Assembly: GCA_000934665.2 (NCBI GenBank)
Contig: KZ538833.1
Location: 1 to 45,399, forward strand
Reading direction: 5' to 3'
DNA: 45,399 nt
Source: Catajapyx aquilonaris
Taxonomy: Eukaryota
Shown here: one piece after another, positions 12,701 to 22,689 of the stretch
Position numbering within the stretch: position 1 is the first letter of the stretch
Layout: every line of letters starts with the position of its first letter
Notes under the pieces: generated by a model
What the model was told of the DNA's origin: nothing
The model's input: the letters and a program-made list of their open reading frames with translations, nothing else
Database searches by the model: none
Translations under genes and position numbers: made by a program

Positions 12701-15700
12701 TGACCCTTACCTACCTTTGGCCTGTTCCGTGCATGGGAAATGTTCCAAAGGCGACATTGGTGTTCGCCCCTGAGAGGTCCGAAAGTAGGCAGGGGGTCGT
12801 CGGGTTTCCACCTGAATTCGTGGAGCACACCACTGAACAAGCATCCCATGACCGTCACCCGGCCATCCCACCCTGGAACCCATCCAAGGATCCCATCTCA
12901 CTCAACACCCACTACCGAACACCTTTCTTCGTAGCAACTCCGAGACCAAGTGAGACTCCCTGTTTACCCCTGCGTGAACACATCCTACATTCTGCTCCGA
13001 AAAATAATGCGCACGGTCTATCACCAGAACCGGAATCTGATATCGAACCTACAGGAGAAACCCCCATCAGCCTCCTGAAGGTGTCGCACCAGAATTTTTA
13101 TTTTGCTACGAGTGTACGGTGGGGAGGCCAAGGAGCGTGTCGCTTCGTGGCCTATAACAACACGGCTTCGCTGTTTCGCCATGCACCTTTGTCCGCCCCC
13201 ACACCAGAGCCGAAAAAAAGAGAAATGGGGAAAGGGAAAGTGGGGCTCGATCTGAATTTGACTTCACGCACAAATGAGATCCTCATCAGACTGCGTCTTT
13301 CTTGGGATTTGCGCTTCACACTGACTTCCTGTCGCGCTCGAGTGTCGCTCATCCTCAATATCGATGGATCAAACAAGCCGTGCTTGGATTTTGCCACCTA
13401 TTAACTTATATAATGGTGGGAACTTGACTGATTAGAAATCATTATAGGTGATTAGCTGATTAATCTGAGTTGGACCCATGTTGTAACTTAGGGTACTTTG
13501 ACCCTGGAAGTAAAAATAGATGGATACATTGAGGCCAGTTTTCCTGGTTGGTTCACATATGGACGATTTTGGATCACAAACAGTTATGGTTTTGTATACA
13601 AGTAGTTGGGTGGCTGTATCACAAATAAAAATAATCAGAACTATTTCTAACAGTTGTGGTCGAGGGGTCTGGTGACCAGCGGTGATCCGGTGTACACTTT
13701 AGTGAGGAGTGACAACCCTCTTGGTTGTGGTGCCAAGTTCTTTGTTAGTAAGTTGTACAGGCAACATGTTTATAGAAAGTATGATTTTATAGAATGTAAC
13801 GTGCGATTTTTTAAACTGTCTGTTCACTTTCGTACGGACAACCGAGACGATACTAAGAGTTGGAAGCCGTATTGTTGTGGCAGGTCGGACATGTTTTCCC
13901 TTTGTGGAATTGCACATGCATGCAGTGAAATTGAGCAACACTAGCACTGATCACGGTTTCAGGCGTGCAATAGACTGAAAGGTCACGGGAAATGGCTCCA
14001 ATAGACACATGTGCACGTAAAGGGGAAGTCACAGTTGAATCAATGATAGCAACTGCTACAGCCCAGTCGTTTTTTACTTTCACTTGACCACAGATGTCAA
14101 ACCTCTATTTGTGAATTCATTTCAGCAAAATTCATCGCAAAATCGCTCGTTTTTTGTCGTCTCCTCCTACTGACAAATGAGGTGCTCGTGTAACCATTTG
14201 TGTAATTAGTCGCTGGAACTAAAATATGTCTCTTGACTCCACTTTTGGTGGTACAAGCCTGCGTTTCTTATTATACTGGGGCCACCCCTTTCTTTTATCT
14301 CCTGTTTTTAGTGCTGGCGGTATTTATTTTTTTGGGAGAGCCTTCTCCACCGCCAGACGGTTTTAAACCACCGATGGTAAAAAATGATCTGGGGGTGTAG
14401 ATTAGGGGAAGAAGAGAGGATAGGACGCGTGCAGTTGGCGTTTCTCTTCTGAAAGGCTTCATCATATGAACTGCAGGCGGAACCATGTCACAAAAATATA
14501 GAGTCGGTTACAATAGAAATCGACCTGGCAGTAGAATCGGACGACACTATCTGCAATGTTTGTTCTGAAGAAATCGTGTGAAAGTGGCCAGGACACGCAT
14601 CGGTCATGTCCATAATACATCAGCTCATGTATTTCAATGCGATATGCACCAGCACCAGTTGAGTTATGTCTTTCATGGCTCGTCACCTGTTTTAAGCCAA
14701 CGGAAGTAAATACCGGTTTGGAGATCAGTAAATCTTCATCTCCTAGCTCGTTTCCTTCGACCTTGCCTCCATTCCGGTACTCAAGTGGATGGTTTTAAAT
14801 CTAGGCAACTCGTCTCCCACTTTAGTTTCAAGGGGACACCCAAAGTGCCCGTTTCACCAAGCCAGACTCATATTTTTTTTTTTTCTTTCGTACATTCATT
14901 TTATTACACCACACAAACCAGATGTTGAAAACAAATCCTAGAAGTTTAGTGGCCAGATATCTTGCCAGCTAATGGGTTTATTTACGGTTAAATGGACTTG
15001 GATAATTAGAGGCGAGTGTGATATGTGTGTGTGTGTTTTTTTTTTTGGGGGGGGGGATAACTTTGGGATATAAACCGGGTGCAGTGGTGCGGTTTTTTCC
15101 CGAATTTTATGCTACCTCGGGGCCAGAATTCCTAGGGCTATTTCTAGGATGGTTTGCATAAGCAGGGAAGAGTTTGCTGAAGATTGCACTATAGGATCTG
15201 AATTCGAGAGAAGCTGAAGTTTTAAATAGTAGAACTGGTTGCACTGGTTGGTAAGTTATATCACTTTTCGTACTGTTCTCAACCTTTTGCTGGATAGACT
15301 AGCACAGTGATGAAATTAAGGCATACATTAATAGAATGACTCACTTGGGACCTCTCTCAGCAAACGGGAGGGTTACTCTTTTGTCAAGAGAGGCCACTAC
15401 ATGCATGATTATATTCAACTGAATATTTTTGACAGACCCTATTCGCCACCACAGCCGGTTCAAAATTTGCACAAAATTCGCTCGCTATCTGAAACGAACA
15501 GTTCATTCAGCACATTCTCGCCAAATTGCCCAACAATCCGCTGAATACCAATCCATCAGCCGCTGTGACACTTAATGAATCCACGCATTGTCTCATCACA
15601 TCCCATCGAAATTGGAAGTCATTAACCAAGCCTAGCAGCTGACACTGAATGATGCAGCCCCAAATTCGACTGACTGACCCCATAACCCTGACAATCTGGC

Positions 15701-18534
15701 ACGAACATTGCCCGTAGAGTCGTCATAAAGGAGGTAAAAGCAATAGTGTGACGTGCAATGGCAAAGGGGGCAGGGGCGACGTTCCCTGTTGACATCTTCC
15801 CCTCTTCCTCGTCACGATCGGCACGCGAATCTTCCATTTCGCATGGCCCAATGCCCAGCGCACTTGCAAAAAACCCACGGGCTATATCTCGCCCTAAGCT
15901 TTTAATGGATATAAATTAGGCCACGTCAGGCTTCTGTCTCTGTCGCAATTTGCCACTGTGGGAGTCGACGAAACGCCCCACAAGTCTAACATGCAGTTGC
16001 AAAGAGTACAAGTAATATTCGCCAAGAATTTTGCACATGTGCGAAATGTCAGGGGAATAAACTTATAATTTTAGGTCCAGTTTTTTTTGGGAGATATGTT
16101 TCTGGCTCTATTCCATCTATCGCAAGTCAATAGGAGGTGTAACTACGTTACATAAGGAGTTGGCAACATTTTTTTCCCCCTCTCAGGAGCTGGATACTTA
16201 CCATCTCCTGTGAAGCATGAAGGGCACTTTCATCCTCAGAGTGGAAGGCGTAATCGAATAGGAAGCGGCGGATTCGTTCTCGACTATCTGCTGCTGGCTG
16301 CTCTGGTACCTGTTACGGAAGTGACATGGTCGGAATTACAAAAAGCACGTGACAGCTCAGCGTTTCCTGGAATGTCCGATTCTGATCGTCCCAGGTCAGT
16401 GTTCGATGTTTTGATCGTAATGGTTTTATCAATGGAAGGATGGTGCACACGAACCGTTACCGTGGCTGATTTAAGCAAGCAATTAGGCTAGTTAAGGGGA
16501 GTTTAAAAAAAACAAGAAGAGGATGAATGGGATGGAAACACGCGAGGAAATAACTAGGTTGACCTCGCTCTGAAATGTGGTTGATGCAAAATGTCCGGAT
16601 AGAGCTGAGCTTACCTTGAGATTAGTAATGGACACGAGTTTGTCGCGGACATTGACGACAACTCGACCTCCATCTTCTTTTTCCCTGAAACAAAAATTCG
16701 CAAGGTCAAAACCTGATCACGTGCATGGAGTTACGCTAAAAAAACAAGATCACCTGTTAAATTCGCTATTTGTGTAGCAAAAAAAAATTTGCGCTGATAA
16801 CGCTTATCAGTAGATGTCATTGCTATATACAGAACTTGCTTGCAAGTATAGCAGTTCATTTTGGTTTGACAGTCGGTTTGATACACGTCAGTGTCTGACG
16901 CTTTTGTTTGGGTCATTGACCACATCCTGAATTTGGAATTGGCAAGCTTTGAAGAAACGGTGAGTCAGGGTTAATGTGCGTCCATGTATATGAGCATAGG
17001 CACGTGAAGTTACGTGTTGGCACTAATATCGCTTCCATTTGTGTGCCAGCGACAGGGACTGGATTGAAGAGTCGGCTGTGCAGACGACATACACAAGATG
17101 GAGGCCGTTGAGGCAGCAACACCCGCACCTGTCACCATCACCGTTTATCGACAGGCCTTATTCATATTTTTAATCGGTTCAGCTGTGATGTTCCTATGTG
17201 GATTCTCAGCCTTCATCAAAGACGGCGCATGGTACAGGACTATTGGTTTCATTTTTATTATCGTCGCGGTCATTCTTTTCGGCATCTGTCTGGCTTCATA
17301 CTTCGCCAGCTCGTACTGCACCAAGGTTTGCGCAAACGTAAGTGTTTTCAAAACAAGGCTATGTTTAAACTCTGCAGTAAATTCCATGAAATGAGACTTA
17401 TCTGATTGACAGCATGACCGATAAGAATGTTTTTTTTTCTTCTTCTAGCGGCGTGAGAAAGGGGACATTATGATGAACCCAACCATCAGAGTTGACATGG
17501 AGGCCCGATACCTGGCTGACCATCACCATCACTGCTATCCATTGATGAAGGATCCACCTCCTCCATACTTTTCGACGGATATACCAAAGACTCACGGTGC
17601 TATCTAGCAAGCAAGTGATCATACGGTATGGCCACCGGAAACCCACAGTGTTGGGGGCCAGAAGGACAGTTTGTGATGGCGGAATGTAAAAGACTGAGAG
17701 GCTGGGCGAGTTAGAAATGATGCTGCAGATGTAGGGAGGTTATAATTAGCTTCGTTTCAGCAGCCAACTTGGCTGGTCTCTGGCTTTTACTATTGGGCTC
17801 TTTGAGATGCTACGCGGCACATGACCCTTTCTATCCCCCCCCCCCGCCCCCTACCATTTTTTTCCGATTGTACAATACATTCAGGTTTGATTTCCAGTGT
17901 GGTCATTGTGCTGGTAGTATTAGACAGGATCATGTTTGCAGCCTACTTCCTGGCATTTTGCAAAGATGTGATGTCACCCGGCCTTCGTTGACGTCAGGTC
18001 GAAACAGATCACGCTTGTGGTCGCTCACGTAACCAGCAAGTTCAACTACACTTTTATATAGCGCAGGGATTAAAAAGTGTCGTCAAATATTATGTGTATT
18101 TGTATTATCACATTGCATTTTTCAGCCTTTATGTTCGCATTGTGAGAGTGTATATCGAACATGCACGTCCAGTAGAATGGAATGTGGGTTAATATGTTCC
18201 CTACACGATGCCGGTTATTCATATGTGTAACTCCATCACCAATGACGTTCCATCAGCCCATCAATATGTGCCAGTCCATTAAGACCTACATTTCACCATA
18301 ACAATCTAATGCTGGCAATACTTAAACAAGGCACTCCAACACTAATTCCGCACATTCACGAGGCTATCCGCAACGCTTCACTGCGTCTCGGCGCTATTTT
18401 TGCTTCAAACATGGCAGCGCACATGCACATTTTTGCCAAACACTACGATTTATTTTAAAAAATGACAACAATTGCCGAATAACTTACTTGGACGATAATG
18501 GGCGGACTCTAACCGCCACCTGAACGTTGGCCAT
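3729..18534 (-). CDS. STARD9: Kinesin-3 motor gene, STARD9/KIF16A-like (multi-exon; 3' end uncertain)
   Basis: Exons with compatible GT-AG phases: 18488-18534, 16615-16684, 16202-16309, 11776-11892, 11309-11406, 6040-6155, 5761-5974, 5004-5101, 4612-4809, 4175-4350, 3983-4117, tentative 3729/3732-3799. N-terminus [15 protein letters not shown]-loop GQSGSGKT, switch I SSRSH, switch [31 protein letters not shown]. The N-terminus, GLTPR, LPSEVA and the Ser-rich insert before VPYRDS fit STARD9 better than KIF16B (recalled family motifs). Confidence 0.88.
3983..4117 (-). CDS. STARD9: STARD9-like exon 11 (…[17 protein letters not shown]…)
   Basis: NExxxxELTxxWxxxW coil typical of the KIF16 family; tttcag acceptor, gtgcgt donor. 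Confidence 0.7.
4175..4350 (-). CDS. STARD9: STARD9-like exon 10 ([53 protein letters not shown])
   Basis: End of motor, neck linker and neck coil; cctag acceptor, gtacat donor. Confidence 0.88.
4612..4809 (-). CDS. STARD9: STARD9-like exon 9 (Ser-rich loop, then [27 protein letters not shown])
   Basis: PYRDSxLTWLLxDSLGG motif; tttcag acceptor, gtaagt donor. Confidence 0.92.
4848..4956. mobile_element. Small foldback/MITE in kinesin intron 8
   Basis: Imperfect 27-bp inverted arms starting GGTTCAC. Confidence 0.45.
5004..5101 (-). CDS. STARD9: STARD9-like exon 8 ([32 protein letters not shown])
   Basis: EGxxINxSLxxLGxVI motif; tatcag acceptor, gtacga donor. Confidence 0.92.
5761..5974 (-). 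CDS. STARD9: STARD9-like exon 7 (switch I SSRSHALF to HLVDLAGS)
   Basis: Switch I and II motifs; follows a 65-nt intron; atgcag acceptor, gtcagt donor. Confidence 0.92.
6040..6155 (-). CDS. STARD9: STARD9-like exon 6 ([13 protein letters not shown]...[14 protein letters not shown])
   Basis: EIYNExVxDLL and REHPxxGPYV motifs; ttacag acceptor, gtaacc donor. Confidence 0.92.
6640..8900 (-). pseudogene. Decayed ionotropic receptor (variant iGluR/IR)-like gene in kinesin intron 5
   Basis: Fragments in IR order, broken by stops and frameshifts: [12 protein letters not shown] (~8790), SLDPEIW..YLLSRI (~8570-8490), [17 protein letters not shown] and ITVPVYPAI (8135-8045), DTTVxEMLKCST (~8000-7965), [10 protein letters not shown] (~7160-7130), [13 protein letters not shown] (6862-6735). 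Confidence 0.55.
11063..11192. other. Assembly gap (130 N) between poly-G and poly-C tracts
   Basis: Directly visible. Confidence 0.99.
11309..11406 (-). CDS. STARD9: STARD9-like exon 5 ([33 protein letters not shown])
   Basis: GLxPR motif; caacag acceptor, gtaggc donor. Confidence 0.9.
11776..11892 (-). CDS. STARD9: STARD9-like exon 4, P-loop ([39 protein letters not shown])
   Basis: Walker A GQSGSGKT; ttccag acceptor, gttagt donor. Confidence 0.92.
12405..13050 (-). mobile_element. Penelope-like retroelement remnant (GIY-YIG endonuclease end)
   Basis: Frameshifted GVYRWRC..GAS/VGDTG/QYLQE..DHA../NWEM..V..R..EALHL at ~12600-12410; the RT portion further right is only weakly recognisable. 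Confidence 0.5.
16202..16309 (-). CDS. STARD9: STARD9-like exon 3 ([36 protein letters not shown])
   Basis: FxFDY...ASQE kinesin-3 motif; aacag acceptor, gtaagt donor. Confidence 0.88.
16615..16684 (-). CDS. STARD9: STARD9-like exon 2 ([23 protein letters not shown])
   Basis: tttcag acceptor, gtaagc donor, phase matches exon 1. Confidence 0.88.
17098..17607 (+). CDS. Nested antisense two-exon gene: 132-aa protein with two TM helices and a C-terminal PPPPY motif (exons 17098-17337, 17449-17607)
   Basis: ATG in AAGATGG context; two hydrophobic segments; phase-0 donor gtaagt at 17338; long T-tract plus ctag acceptor at 17448; exon 2 open ([52 protein letters not shown]). Confidence 0.75.
18488..18534 (-). 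CDS. STARD9: STARD9-like exon 1 ([15 protein letters not shown])
   Basis: ATG at 18534, kinesin VxVAVRVRP motif, 47 nt, donor gtaagt. Confidence 0.9.
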
Positions 18535-19358
18535 TGACTGGCACTTCCTTGCACCTCATGCTGCAGTCCAATTCCACGCTTGCACGCACATGACAAAACG
18601 CACTGTCTCACGCACTGGTCCACGCACCGGCTCCAGCAGGCAATACCGAACCAGTCCCTGGCACAGCTCTCCTGTGACTCATCCTACTTGCCGAACTGAA
18701 AACGGGCCTGATGATGTGTGTTGAGGGTAGGGGATGGGGGGAGGGTTTGGTTGTTGAGGAAAAAGACTCAGAGGAGGATGTGGGGGTGGGTTGGGCACCT
18801 CTTCCGATGTTTCATTTAAAGGTCCGCCTGTTGGGTAGGGGGAAGAGTTTCCCTGCCCGCCATCTGTGGTGCGTATCCAACGACTGGATAGTCTCTAGCG
18901 GGAAGTGATAGAAACTCCTAATTGAAACCATGATGTTTCATGGTTGGTGATTATTTTAAATGCAAAGTTTAAAACCTTGTATTAACTATTATTCAGTATG
19001 GAGCTGCTCAGATTGACCAGGGCACATATGATGATCAACATTGAGTGCAGGTAGCACGATTTTTTAAAAAAAATGTTAAGCCATACCAGGAGCTTTAAAT
19101 AAATAGTAGCTCATCTTGCCCCTACTTATGATTCTAATACTGTCGATACGGTACTTAATGATCTGATGTAGGCGTAACTAGCCTTATTGATAGTATGTTG
19201 TGATTAATACTGTATAAAAACCAAATGTATTCTTAGCCAATATATATTTTTTTTTGTAACTTCTTTCCCTTGGAGATTGGACAGGGCATATATAATTATA
19301 TGACTGGAGACACTTATTTACATTGACATTTTGTCTTCGTACGATTATATACACTAGA

Positions 19359-19539
19359 CAGCAAAACCTCGATATAACGCTCTTCAAGGGACCGCCCAAA
19401 AGTAGTGTTATAAGCGGGAATGAGGGATAGCGTTATACGCGGGAAAATTTACCTTATGGAAATGATCAAGGGACAGATAAAAGGGGCGTAAAAACCGGGA
19501 AAGCGTTATATGCGGGATCGTTATATCGAGGCTTTACTG
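19359..19539. mobile_element. Tc1/pogo-type MITE
   Basis: TIR CAGCAAAACCTCGATATAACG / CGTTATATCGAGGCTTTACTG followed by TA; absent from the paralogous arm. Confidence 0.75.
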
Positions 19540-19555
19540 TACATATAGTACTGTG

Positions 19556-19945
19556 CAGTACCGTTCATAAAGAATGGTACAGTACGTACGACTCTATATG
19601 GAAAAAATGTTTATTCTGTTCCCAACCCCTGGGTCGCCAGCATGAGGAAGTCAGGGAAAAGGGAATCAAAATAAAATTAAAAAAGAGAAGAAAAAAACAA
19701 AGTAATAAGTAGGAAAATTTTAGGGGGGAAATTAATACCAAATCCACGTAAGCATTGCACCTGGTCGAACATTTTGGTAATTAAAATTTTTATTTAAAAA
19801 TCGGCATGGGTCATACGAATCACCTGAGGTCCAGAAAAGGTTGTCCATAGGGTTTCGTCGAAATAAGATTGGGAATGATGCTAGTGGATAATCAGGATAA
19901 ACATTACGTCCATAGAGTCGTAACCATTCTTTATGAACGAGACTG
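19556..19945. mobile_element. Tc1-type MITE
   Basis: TIR CAGTACCGTTCATAAAGAATGGT / ACCATTCTTTATGAACGAGACTG; absent from the paralogous arm. Confidence 0.7.
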
Positions 19946-20298
19946 GTACAAGTGGAACACGTTTTACGCCGGGGATATTTTACGCAAGGGATGCGTGTAC
20001 GTAGGATCTGCGACGATATCAGCAATCTTCAGGGGGACCTCGTATACAGCTTCCATAATTATGCGAATAAGGCGACTTGGAATGGGGCCATTCTCTAATA
20101 AGCGCAAAGATAGTCTTGGATCCCGCACTAAGTCTTTTTTTCAAGGTATCTGACATCAGGTTGCACTTATTTGGGCAGTGATAATGATTTCTATCTGTTT
20201 ATTACAATATAGTGTTGCGTAACTGACAGGATAAATGCGTTCTGCTTTATTGAATAATGACAAACTGATTGTCGGTGTGTGGCCCAACTTCCTGCCAA

Positions 20299-21086
20299 TC
20301 AACCATTGGCCCTCCAACCAGTGTTTGTTTTGGGCAGCCAACCCAGGATGACAAATAGCTTGTTGAATTCTGCAATGAAAATAATTCATATCAGCCAGTA
20401 CAATCATGGGAAGCAGCGTTACTCCTAGAAATCCCAGAGCCTCCATACACTGTGTGTCCTGTACTGTACGTAGTCTCACCCTTGTAATTGATGTTTCCTA
20501 TCTCATCTTTGGGAGCAAGCTCGAGGAGGTCCTGAGCATCCTGCTCTGTCATGTTTCCAGAACCCTGGTTCATTAATAAGAGATCCTTCATCTGATCGGC
20601 GGTGATGTAGCCTCTATTTTCAGGGTCCAACTCCCTCAAGGTCTTCGTCACGGCTGACTCCGTAAAGATGGAAAGACTTAGCGCTGTCTTCATGATTTCC
20701 AGGAACTTCGGCCAGTTAATTGTGTCACTCCCTTAATAGTAATTGTATTATTTTGTTTACCTTTTTGTCAGTCAGTTATTGAATTGAAATCAATTTTGCA
20801 ATAAAGACGGTTATATCTAAACTGCGCAGTAAGGGGAATACCTGCTACGTGAGATCGGATATTGGTTGGTTCTTCGACATGATGAGCCGAGACATGAGAG
20901 ATACTCACCTTTTAGATCAAATTGGGCAAGGAGTTCTGTGAAGTCTTCCGGGGTGGTCTCAAGACCCTTAAACAGTGAGAGAGCGTCGGCTACATCTTCT
21001 GCTACAATGAGGACCTGCCTCTCTCGATCCAGAAACGAGTATATGTTCATTAAAAACGTCAAGTCCTCATGAATGAAAAACGTCAC
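20299..21086 (-). CDS. Calmodulin-like four-EF-hand protein, copy A (exons 20909-21086, 20480-20731, 20299-20369; start exon uncertain, possibly MIIK at 22240-22251)
   Basis: Spliced ORF intact: FDLKGSDTINWPKF, LDPENRGYITADQM, PKDEIGNINYKEF; stop TGA at 20301-20299; phase-1 introns at calmodulin-equivalent positions. Confidence 0.8.
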
Positions 21087-21585
21087 CTGGAAGATTATAT
21101 AAGAAGTAAAATAATATCAGGAATAATCATCTTTCAGACACAAGCAAAGGATGTCAGACCTTCTTAGGTGGAACTGCCATGATGACGAGTCTGCTTCTTA
21201 CACGAGTCTGCTTCTTGTTAGTTCAGTCTCACGTTGAATTATTCTCTGTATAAACAAAGGTTGCGTGGAAGCGGCATATTGTTACAATGGATATTGTTGC
21301 TCACTACTATAGTAGTCCTACTGCACTGTATACTGGGCCGCTTTTCTTATCTGATAGATTATATCTGTCACTGTTCGGTATGTTTTGCCAAGTAACTCGA
21401 GGAAATCCAACCCCCGCGCCCAATTGGCGAAAATGTGATTTACGTCATACAGTCAATACCGCGCCTCGTAAGAAACAGGCGCTGTGTTATCTGAGTCAAG
21501 AGAGCACGGGTGACATAATTTAATTAGGCACCTAGGGAGGAAATTAGGGAACTGTATTGTACACTATTATCCAAATAACATTATA

Positions 21586-22186
21586 GGGCAATTCCACGCC
21601 GGAAGAGTCATTATCCAAAGTCGCGCATTGTGAGGTGGCTATGACTTATTGAAAGCAGATCATTATGTCCTTTTGTCAGATGAAGAAGGCGTAGCAACGT
21701 TCTGCTACCAGATATCAGCAGAGCTATGGAATAGTCGAGATAATTATAATAGTCGTAACTGACGCAACTTCGCAAGGTTTGTTGCGTCAGTTACGTTAAT
21801 CCTAATATGAAAATATGAATATGAACAGGCGTGATCTCAAGTAAGCACAAAATTGCTCCTGAGGAGTAGATTGCATATCAGTTGTAACATTACGTCTAAA
21901 CATATTCAGCTCAATGCTCACAGGGTTTCGCATCATTACAGTACCCCCCCCCCCCCCAAAGAGCTTGTCCTATTAATGTTGAGTCATTTATATTACATTA
22001 ATATTTTACAGAGTCCATTCAAGTTACTGTTGCGAAATAAAAATACATACATGGCAATAAGCTGCCAGGAGGCAGCCACATGGGAATAATTTTAAATTCC
22101 CTTTCCATTAACATTTGCCCTTGCAATAAATATTAATACAGCGTGAATCCTGTCCGCGGGATGCGCCAGTTACGGTGGAATTGCCC
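21586..22186. mobile_element. Non-autonomous DNA transposon (unclassified)
   Basis: TIR GGGCAATTCCAC / GTGGAATTGCCC with TATA on both flanks. Confidence 0.65.
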
Positions 22187-22283
22187 TATATCGTATATAA
22201 AATGAATACGTACTGTATACAGTACATACTACTACTGACCTTTATGATCATCCAGTGCAGTCTACTCCATCAAATCATACATA

Positions 22284-22640
22284 TTTTTTATTTTTTATTA
22301 TTTTAAGTTACCCCGTGATAAGACTTAGCCTTTTCAGGGGGGTGGAATACCACCATTACTCTCCAATTTTCCTTTTAACTTCATCACCGGTGCAAGGAGT
22401 CAAGGATAGGGATAGGGTAGGGATAGGGATTTTTGGGGAGGGAACGTTGGTGCAAGTGCAATGTCGGTAAAGGGGTCATGTGCTGTTCCCCAGGAGGTTA
22501 GGTTGCCAGACACCTCCTTGGTGCAGGTCAGAGACCCTCCTGACGCAGGTGAAAGGAAAGTTCCCCAGGCGGGGATCGAACCTGGGGCCTTTCACTCAGC
22601 AAGCCATGACGTTACCATCACGGCCACCACACCTCCCCCC
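22284..22640 (-). mobile_element. tRNA-derived SINE (same family as 36041-36397)
   Basis: A box TGGCCGTGATGG and B box GGTTCGATCCC on the minus strand; A-rich tail; 16-bp TSD CATCAAATCATACATA (22268-22283, 22649-22664). Confidence 0.85.
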
Positions 22641-22689
22641 CATCAAATCATCAAATCATACATAGAATAATTGGCTTTAGTGTGCCTCT

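Larger units (their letters stand above)
19255..21420 (-). repeat. Left arm of inverted segmental duplication (partner ~28100-30115)
   Basis: Reverse complement aligns by eye across introns, exons and 3' flank; this arm has two extra MITEs. Confidence 0.85.

Noticed and set aside
12634..13404. Longest ORF in the window (256 aa)
   Set aside because: Non-ATG start and no recognisable domain; largely antisense to the Penelope-like remnant
18694..18699. TCAGTT initiator-like motif 160 bp upstream of the kinesin ATG
   Set aside because: A 6-mer with an imperfect downstream element; too weak to call
22461..22670. Similar ORFs here and at 36219-36501
   Set aside because: Antisense readings of two copies of one SINE
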